From an uncultured delta proteobacterium (GTDB taxonomy: Bacteria > Myxococcota_A > Polyangia > Fen-1088): DNA of 64,000 bases. Within the stretch, counting starts at the first letter, position 1. The number at the start of each line of letters is the position of its first letter. A model generated the notes under the pieces. The model was not told where the DNA came from, searched no databases, and saw only the letters and a list, made by a program, of their open reading frames with translations. Position numbers and translations under genes: made by a program. Below are positions 55,941 to 64,000 of the stretch, in pieces. The stretch is taken from positions 263,236-327,235 of the forward strand of contig CAWCMR010000011.1 of NCBI GenBank assembly GCA_963796685.1, read 5' to 3'.

Positions 55941-56909
55941 CCCCGGGCCTGCATCTCCACTCGGTAGCTCCGGCCACTCGGGTCGTACTCGCGAGCCGCG
56001 ACCACGGCCCACCCGGTGAAAGGCGTGCAGCCACGTGTCGGGATCAAGCGGTCGGTCCGAGGCCAGATCCGCCTCCACCGCGCCGACGCGGAGTCCGCCA
56101 GAACCACGGTGCTTCGGAGATGATCACGGCCCGCTTCGCGGCCGCGGCCCAGCTCGGCGACCAACGGACCGACGGCGGCCGGGCGCAGCGGCTCGGGCCC
56201 TCCGGCCAGGACCACCGCCCCGAGCGCCTGGTCCGGCACGGCGTGCAGGTGGGTGAGGATCTCCCGAGCGGACGTCGGGCCCCGGATGATGGCGAGACCC
56301 GGCATCGGTGACGCGCGTAGGCATCGATGCCGGCGGGTCGCAGCTCCGCCACGACCCCGTCGGCGTCGCCTTGCGCGTAGAGCACCCGCTCTCCTCGTGG
56401 CAGGGTGTCCGCCACCTGGTCGCTGCCACTGCGCCAGCGCGTCGCCCCGCGGTCCGACTGTCGGCGTGACCTCGCGGCCTCGTCGACGTCGCGCTCGAGA
56501 AGGCGCACACGCTGCTCGAGCTGCTCGAGTCGTCGCGCCACGGCGTGGAGCGCGCCGGCGCTGTCGCCAACCCGAGTGACTTTCGCCCGAGCGTCGAGCC
56601 GTTGTAGCTGTCGCGAGCTCGGTGGCCCGAGCCCGACGCCGTGACCGGTGGCGCCGGGGGCGGAGTGGCGCGCCCACGGTCGAGCGAGGCCACCTCTTCC
56701 ACCCGGGCGATGATCTCGCTCGATCGGCGGCGGAGCCGGCAGGGTGCGGGGCCCGTCGGGCGAGCTCGAAATGCAGGCGGGCGTCGGCGTCATGGGGGAA
56801 GCCGGGTGCCGCGCGTCGTCGGGCCGCCTCGGTTTCGAGCTCGCCGATCAGACGGTCGAGATCCAAAGGGCCCGGGGAGTCCGAGATGCCATTCGTCGTT
56901 GTTCGCCAT
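55937..56909 (-). CDS. Coiled-coil plus degenerate methyltransferase-like protein (frameshifted)
   Basis: LEQLEQRVRLLE coiled coil; HLHAVPDQALGAVVL and RPLDPDTW resemble MTase-like proteins of glycan clusters. Confidence 0.5.
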
Positions 56910-59343
56910 GGCGTTGCGCGGCTCCGGGGGTGGCTCGAGGGCGGTGTGGATGCGGTGGAGCGACGGAGCGACCGGTGGACGGTCAGCTGGTCACGAGCGA
57001 CATTAGCGTGCGGGCCAAGTCATGGAACTGGTGGGCGAAGCGGCAAAGTGCATGCCGGCATCGGCCAGTGCCCGTCGATCCTGGGGTCGTGCCAGGAGCT
57101 CGCCGAGGCGCGCCGCGATGGCATCGGGATCGGCACTGGGTAGGTGTGAGACGGTCCCTTCGGGGTATTCGGCCGCCGTGGCCGGGTTGGTGAGGACACG
57201 GGCACCCCGGCCGAGCCAGGGCCTCGAGGATCGCAGCCGAGGACTCCCCACTCGTCCCCTCGCGCAGCTGCACGGCGATCGTGGCCCGGGCCAGCCAACG
57301 CCGCCAGTCCGACTCGTCGACCGCTCCGGTGACCTCGACGCGATCGAGCGTGCCGCGGACCCGGGCGCGGTCATCGATGACCTGGGCGAGAAACGGCGGG
57401 CACGGCCCGACGAACGCCAGTCGGCAACCGGCCATCGCCGCCGCGTCCACCAGGAGGTCGGGTCGCTTCGCCATCGAGACGATCCCGAACGCCACGACAA
57501 CGGGATCCCCTCGGGCGCTCCGGACCGGCCCGTCGTCGGCCACCGGGGGACATGCGGGAGGCAGCACGTGGACGGGGGGGTGGTGCGCGAGCGGGGCGAG
57601 GTCGAGCAAGACCAAGTTGCCGCGCCACGTCGGAGTTGACGAGCAGGCCGCGGCATCGTTCGGCCAGCAGGGGGAGCAGGCCCACTCCCGCCGTCACGAG
57701 GTCGCGCACCGATCGGCCCGCACGCAGCGCGCCGCGGTCGGGGCCCGGCCCGGGTAGGAGCGGTCGAGCAGCCACGCGAGAGAGGCGGAGAAGCTCGACA
57801 TCGTCGAGACCGTCGAGTGCGGTGACCGCGAGGCGGGAAGACGGACTTCGTGCAACCAGATCCAGCCGGGGTACCTGAGCGCGGTCTCCACGGTCGACAG
57901 GTGCCCGTCGGAATTCCCCACGGTGTAGACGACGGCGTCGTACGACGCCGGGCGGGTATCGACGCCGAAGGCGTCGATGGGGAAGTGCCCCGTGCCGGTC
58001 GGTAGTGGCGGTGGCACGTGCATGGGCGTCGACCGCGTCGACGCGCACATCACCGGCGATGGCAGTGCAGGAGCCGCTCGTTGTAGACGGCGATGCCACC
58101 GGGGAGAGGTGGCAGCGGGCCCACCAACGCGAGCGCGCGTCGGAGGTGTCGGCGGCGTCCAGGCCGAGGGGGCAAGCCGTCTCCCCCATGTGGTCGACGG
58201 CCTCCGACTGCCCTGCCTGCGACGGCCTCCCAGGTCGAGCTGGCCGCGAGCTCGCCCTGGGCTCGAGGACCTCGGCCCGGCGCTGCTCGTCGGAGAGCAG
58301 GTCCGCGATGGCTCGGGCACACCGCCGCGGTGTCGGTGGGGTCAAAGGTGGCGAGGGGCGTGGCTGCCGCCTCGGCCAGCGCGGTCGTCGCCGAGGCCAG
58401 CGCCGGCGGTGCCACACGCAGCGGATTCGAGCACGGGGAGCCCGAAGCCTTCGGCGAGCGACGGCATCACCGTCACCGCGGCCCGGCGGTAGCACGCCCG
58501 CAGGAGCTCGTCGCCGACGGCACCGGCGAGCACGACCGTCCGGACATGCCTGCGACAGAAGCAGCATCGGTGAGTCGCGCCTGCCAGTTCGGGCGTCAGC
58601 TCGCCGATCACGAGGAGCCGAAGGTCGAAGCCGGCCTTCACCAGTTGGCCTATGGCCGAGATCAGTCGCTCTGTCCCCTTGCGAACATCGCTTCCTCCGA
58701 CGGTCAGGACGAAGGCCTGGTCTTCGAGCTCGCCCAGGTACCACCGAAAATGCTCACCGTCGGTGCCGTCGTTCGGCGTGAAGAACCGCGACACTCCACA
58801 ACCGATGTTGACGATCCTCTCGGGGTCGCAGTCGAGTAATTCGATCGCCTCCGTTCGGGTGTACTCGGAGTCCGACAGCACGAGATCCGCCGTGGCCACC
58901 CATGCGGCGCGTGCCCGGTACCGGTCGACGTGCGCCGGGGTGGGGAGGTACCGGTGCGGGGCGCGCAACGGGATCAGGTCGTGCAGGGTCACGACGCGGG
59001 GGAGACCCAGGCTCTCCCAATGCGGCCCGAGCAGAAGGTCGGAAGGGTCGAGCGGCCCACTTTGGAGAAAGGGCGCGGGGATATGGTGCGCGACCTGCCC
59101 ACCGTGCGCCAGAAGCGCCCGCATGGCCGACGCACCGTCCCAGTGCACCAGCCCGCTCATGGCCAGCTCGGGTGGGAGGCCGAGCGGCGGGGGAAGCTCA
59201 GGTGCGAGCAGGCCGGCGGCCAATCGCCGTTGGCGGTGGAGTGCCGCGCTCAGAGCAGCGACGTAGCGGCCGATCCCGCGGTCGGCGATCCCGTCGGTCT
59301 GCAACGCCTGCAGGTCGACGGCGAGGCGGATCGGCGACGTCAA
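56906..59343 (-). CDS. Two-domain GT4 glycosyltransferase (frameshifted; 3' end approximate)
   Basis: Domain 1 RGIGRY, TLHDLIP, PSLAEGFGLPVLE; domain 2 GPLPP.PGGIAVY, YTVGNSDGH, LHEVRL, VQLR...GESSAA. Confidence 0.85.
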
Positions 59344-59633
59344 GCGTCGCTCTGTGTCTTCGCCCCGAGCAAGTGCTCGATCGCCTCGACCCGCCTGGTC
59401 AGCCGCGCCTCGGATTCCGCCGCGCCCTGCGAGTACTCGATCGACGCAGCTGCCCGGGCGGCGGTGGTCTCCACCGTGGCCTGGACCTCCCCGAGACGAC
59501 GTTCGAGCGTCACCAGCGTCGCCAGTCGTGCGTCGATGGCATCGAGGCGAGCGTGGAGCTGCGCGAAGGCCCGGCGTTCGATCCAACCCTGCGCTCGCCG
59601 TAAGAAGCGTTTCACGGTCCGTAGGATTGCCAT
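59340..59633 (-). CDS. Small coiled-coil protein
   Basis: LHARLDAIDARLATLVTLERRLGEV...LTRRVEAIEHLL heptads; stop overlaps the next gene start. Confidence 0.65.
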   Translation of the reverse strand: MAILRTVKRFLRRAQGWIERRAFAQLHARLDAIDARLATLVTLERRLGEVQATVETTAARAAASIEYSQGAAESEARLTRRVEAIEHLLGAKTQSDA

Positions 59634-59694
59634 TGGGCCCGCGAGCGTCAAACGCGCCGACGCACCGTGACCGGACATTGAACCATGTCCGGAG

Positions 59695-60903
59695 TCAACG
59701 GAGCTCCAGGGCCGGCATATCGGGGGCACGGCGTGCCCGCTCCATCCAGCGCACCAGGGGCGCACCGACCGCGGGCCACTGGAACTCCTCGAGGGTCGGC
59801 CCGAAGTCGGCGGCAGGCGGAGGGTCACCCAGGAGCTGGAGCAGTGCCTCGACGATGGCGTCACGTCGCCGGGCTCGACGGTGATCCCAGGCCGCGGGCC
59901 GCGACGAGATCACCGACGCGTCGCCGCCGGTGAGGATCATCGGCCGGCGGGCCCACAGGTAGTCGAGGATGCGGGTCCGGAACGAGAACCGGGTTTCGAG
60001 GTTGTCGAGGTGGATGCTCACGGCAATGTCGGCATCCAGGAGGTAACTGCCCCAGGCGCTGTACGGCACCCACTGGTCGTTGAAGAAGACCGTCGTACCG
60101 GTGAGGCCAACTCGTCGCTGACGGCCCGCAGCTCGAAGGCCCGGGCCATCTCGACGATGTCGGGGTTCGGATTGCTCATCCCGAGGAAGACGAGGCGAAT
60201 GTTGGGGATCGGCTGCGGACCCGATCGACGGCACGCACCAGGGAGACGGGATCGAACCAGTCGTAGACACCCCCACCCCACACGACGACGGGGTCGTGGT
60301 CCGCGATGGCCGGGAAATGGCGACGAAGCACCGGTCCGGCCGCGACGGGTGGATCTGACGGCAGGCCGAAGGGCACCACGTCGATCAACCGACGCAGCGT
60401 CGGGTCATCGGTGTAGGTGGCCGGGTTCACCCGCCCGACATGGGAGAGGGCACCGAGCCAGAAGTCGCGTTGCCGGTCGCTGGCACAGAGGAAGTAGTCG
60501 CCCCGGGCGAGATCATCGTTGATAACCGACACCTGATGAGCGACAGCCTGGTCGTACTCCTCGTCGGCGCGCCCCCCGCGTCGAGGTTCTCGAGGTGCGT
60601 GGGGATGTACATGTCGATGACGACGGGGACCGTGGCCGACGCGATCTCGGGATGTCGACGCACCGCACTCGTCGGTGCGAACACGACATCGCACGCTGCC
60701 ACCAGTGCCGCCATGTCGTTTGGCCCGGGTGCGACCGAGCACACCCGCATCGCATCGTGGCTTCTCGTCGCGCCCACGGTGCTGGCGAGGGTCACGTCGA
60801 ACGATGGGGCCAAGACCTGGGCCAGGTGCCATGCCCGGATGGCCGGGCCCGCCATGGCGTCGGTGAGCGGGTCGAAGGTGAGAACGAGAACGCGCGTTCG
60901 CAT
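59695..60903 (-). CDS. GT4-like glycosyltransferase (frameshifted)
   Basis: MAGPAIRAWH, DYFLCASDRQRDFWLG, WGGGVYDWFDP and ETRFSFRTRILDYLWA. Confidence 0.88.
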
Positions 60904-61022
60904 CAGGGACAGTGCCGGTGCGCCGTCTTCGCGGCGCCGTCGATGGCGAGGCCCGCGATGCGCTCAGTAGGCTCGCACCATGAGGACCGGCACGCGCGCG
61001 TCACCGGGCGATCATCGAGGCG

Positions 61023-61688
61023 ATGATAGTCGGCTCCTCTCCGGCGAGGTCGACAGATGGGCGTGACGAGCACGTCCTGGTCGTCACCGACGACGTGCTG
61101 ACGACCAAGATGGCCGGGCCGGCCATCCGGGCCTGGCACATCGCCGAGGCGCGGCCATCGAACAGGACGTGGTCCTGGCCACGACCTCGGCGCTTTGCGA
61201 CGTCACCGCTCGGGACTTCGCGGTGGAGTCCGCCGACCGGTCGCGCCTGTCGGACCTCGAGCGATGGTGTGATGTCGCTGTCGTGCAGGGTTATCTCCTC
61301 CACAACGTCCCCGAGTTCCGCGGGTCTCGGCAAGGTGATGGTCTTCGATCTCTACGACCCTCTGCATCTCGAGGCCCTCGAGCTCACGCGTCGGGGACCG
61401 GGAACCGGAGCGCTGCGTTCAATGTCGCCAACACCGTGCGGACGCTCGAGGAGCAACTGGTGCGCCGGCGACTTCTTCATCTGTGCCAGCGACAAGCAGC
61501 GGGACCTGTGGCTCGGGTTCCTGGCTGCGCTGGGCCGGATCAATCCCAGCACCTACGAGGACGGACCCCACCCTTCGCCGACTGGATCGACGTGGTGCCC
61601 TTCGGTCTCCCCGATGACCCGCGAGTGCACACGCCGGGCGGCCCTCCGAGGGGTGCGGTGGCGGGAATCGGGCCCGATGACGACGTCG
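61023..61688 (+). CDS. Paralogous glycosyltransferase, truncated at junction
   Basis: Same motifs (MAGPAIRAWH, DFFICASDKQRDLWLG, IDVVPFGLP) but ends at GIGPDDDV, just before the expected WGGG motif. Confidence 0.8.
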
Positions 61689-61689
61689 C

Positions 61690-62361
61690 GGCCGCCGCGC
61701 TGAGATGAGGGACGCGAATACGACAGTGGCGCTGAGGTAATGGCCGGTGCGCCGTCGAAGGCGCCCCCGCACGTGATCAGGTGCAGCGCGGCATAACCGG
61801 CCGCGCCGTAAATGACTTTCGCCGGGAAACTGGATTTAAGGTAGCGTCGCACGCCGGTGACCCGGAAAACAGCGGTGATACCGTCGGCGAGCCGCACGTC
61901 GATCCGGTCGCCGGGCACGAGCGCGCCCAGGCGGTAGAAAACCGCCGAACCGTGATAGGTGTCGACGTGACCCTCGATGACCGACGCCCCGATCTGGCCC
62001 GGCGTCACGGAGTACTTGTACCAGGCGGCCAGGCCGGCCTGCGTGTAAAGCGACGGGACCTGGAGCGTGCCGTCGGGCTTGACGCCCAGGTGGAGCAGCC
62101 CCGACTGCACGCCGATAGCCGGGATGGCCACCGACACCGGCAGCGAGCGCCGCAGCGATGGCCCCCGGCCGGCGGACCGCCCGGTGAAGCCCGCGGCCGC
62201 CAGGGAGGCCTGCGGCGCGTGGTCCTGGGCGCCGACGGCGACGCCGATCGCGGCGGCACCGCCCGCGATGAGCAGGGCGCCCGCCACCCCGGCGACGCGG
62301 GAGCGGGGGCTTCCCGGCGCCCGGCGGCCGGCGGGACGAACCCGCTCTGCGGCCAGGACAT
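61690..62361 (-). CDS. Class F sortase (no stop before junction)
   Basis: IPAIGV, AAWY...TPG..GASVIEGHVD, VFYRL and LHLITCGG.FD. Confidence 0.88.
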
Positions 62362-62650
62362 AACCACGCGAAACCCGGCTATCCGCCCCTGCTCGCCTCG
62401 CCTGATACTGCCGCCTCCGTCCGCCTTCCCCGGGCCGCCCTAATCGCGTAGCCTTTATTCCAGTGATGAACAGGCCATTGCATGTCTGCGCCGCATGTGC
62501 TTTGCCTTTATGGCTGCCGGCGCTTTGGGGGAGCTGCCTTCAGCCGGCCCCGGCAGCGAGCAGCCGAGCTGTGCGTTTTGCTACCGATGCCGGATTTCGG
62601 GCAGGGACCGGAACGGGGCCGCCAGCCGCAGGCCGCCTCGAGGAGGTCTC

Positions 62651-63116
62651 ATGGAGCTGAGCACAGCCCTCACGGCGATAGGGCGTGACGCGCGGCTGGC
62701 CGCCATCGGCGGTGTCGCCGCCATCCTCGTTTCCGTGTCGGTATCGGCCTGCTCGGGCGGCGGGTCGCCCTCCGGGTCGCCGACATTCTCCCCGGGCGGC
62801 ACCGCCTCGCCCACGGAAACCGTCACGCCGACCAGCACGGTCACGCCGACCAGCACGGTGGGTAGCCCGACCACCCCGGCGCCGGCGGAGACACACGCCG
62901 CCGGCCAGCTCGTCGCCTTCCCCGTCGCCATCGCTGGCGCCCAGCCCGACCCCGAGTTCGACGCCGAGCCCGATCCCCACGGTGGCCCCGGCCACCGGCG
63001 GCGGCGGCACGGCCGGATTCCAGGACGCGCTGCTGCTGGCCGTGGGCGCGGCGGCGATCCTGGCCGGCGCGGGCAGCCTCGCCTACCGCAGAAGGCTGAT
63101 CAGGAACCGTCAGTAG
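62651..63116 (+). CDS. Ser/Thr/Pro-rich surface protein with lipobox and sortase-type C-terminus (frameshifted)
   Basis: GAGGAGG RBS; VSVSACSG; T/P linker; APATGGGGTAG + hydrophobic helix + YRRRLIRNRQ*. Confidence 0.7.
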
Positions 63117-63185
63117 CACCCGGCAAGGCCGGGACGAAGCGGTGGCAGTGGCGGGTGCGGGCGTTAAGCATGCAAGACTGCACGG

Positions 63186-64000
63186 ATGGATGACGTCGCT
63201 GCCCGAACGCAGGGCCGGGTCGGGGCGAATGGAATCGAGCTGGCTTACGAGACGTTCGGCCGGGCCGCGGACCCAGCGGTCGTACTGGTGATGGGCTGGG
63301 CGACGCAGATGATCGCCTGGCCGGACGAGATGTGCGAGGCGCTGGCCAGCCAGGCCCATCCGTGGTCCGGTTCGACAACCGCGACACGGGCGCGTCAACC
63401 CACCTGGAGCACATCCCGCCGCCGCCGCTCAGCAAGGTGCTCACCCGGCGCTGCCCGCCGCCGTACACGATTGGCGACATGGCGGATGACGTGGCCGGGC
63501 TGCTGGACGGGCTGGGGCGCAGCAGCGTGCATCTGGTCGGCGCGTCGATGGGCGGGTTCATCGCGCAGACCGTCGCGCTGCGGCACCCGGGCCGGGTCCG
63601 CTCGCTGACCCTGATGATGACCTCGACCGGGTCGCGGCGGCGCGGGCTGGCCAAGCCGCGGGTGTACGGCCGGCTGCTGCGCCGCGAGGTGATCTCGGGA
63701 CGGGACGCCGCCGTCGCCGCGGCCGTCGAGACGTTCCGGCTCATCGGCTCGCGCGGCTACCCGTTCGACGAGGCACGGGTACGGGACGTGGCTGGCCGGA
63801 GCTGGGATCGCGGCTTCGACCCCGGCAGGGCTCGCTGCGCCAGCTCAAGGCGACCGTCACCCAGCCGAACCGGACCGCCGCGCTGCACCAGATCGCCGTG
63901 CCCACGCTCGTCATGCACGGGCTGGATGACCCGCTGGTCGGGCCGAGCGGCGGCCTGGCCATCGCCCGGGCCATCCCCGGCTGCCGCTTCGTCGGCTACC
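63186..64000 (+). CDS. Alpha/beta hydrolase (LipG/RdmC-like; partial, frameshifted)
   Basis: ANGIELAYETFG, VRFDNRDTG.S, HLVGASMGG (GxSxG) and PTLVMHG.DDPL. Confidence 0.9.

Overview
High-GC actinobacterial DNA, most likely class Acidimicrobiia. This is inferred from the gene content and the GYWLVxxDGGVFAFGDA-repeat surface protein. Single-base indels break most genes, including essential ones (smpB, murI, rph), so frameshifts are read as long-read consensus errors rather than pseudogenes unless stated. Layout: (1) ~1-23,300 is a visibly lower-GC patchwork of small accessory genes abutting the 3' end of tmRNA. It carries two copies of a Zn-finger/HNH gene and three degenerate att-like copies of the tmRNA/tRNA 3' end, but no integrase. 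(2) 23.3-31 kb holds ssrA-smpB and the conserved mec-cysO-cysM...murI-MBL hydrolase-rph-rdgB locus, interrupted by a family-1 encapsulin with ferritin-like cargo. (3) 31-39.4 kb holds acyl-CoA/lipid catabolism genes. (4) 39.4-46.7 kb holds a GT2-GtrA/GT39 pair, an ABC-F ATPase, tRNA-Leu(TAG) and clpP. (5) 46.8-61.7 kb is a Wzm/Wzt surface-glycan cluster with many glycosyltransferases, an FkbM methyltransferase and coiled-coil proteins. (6) An abrupt junction at ~61,690 (possible chimera) leads into a class F sortase, its putative substrate and an alpha/beta hydrolase. No CRISPR array or rRNA was seen.
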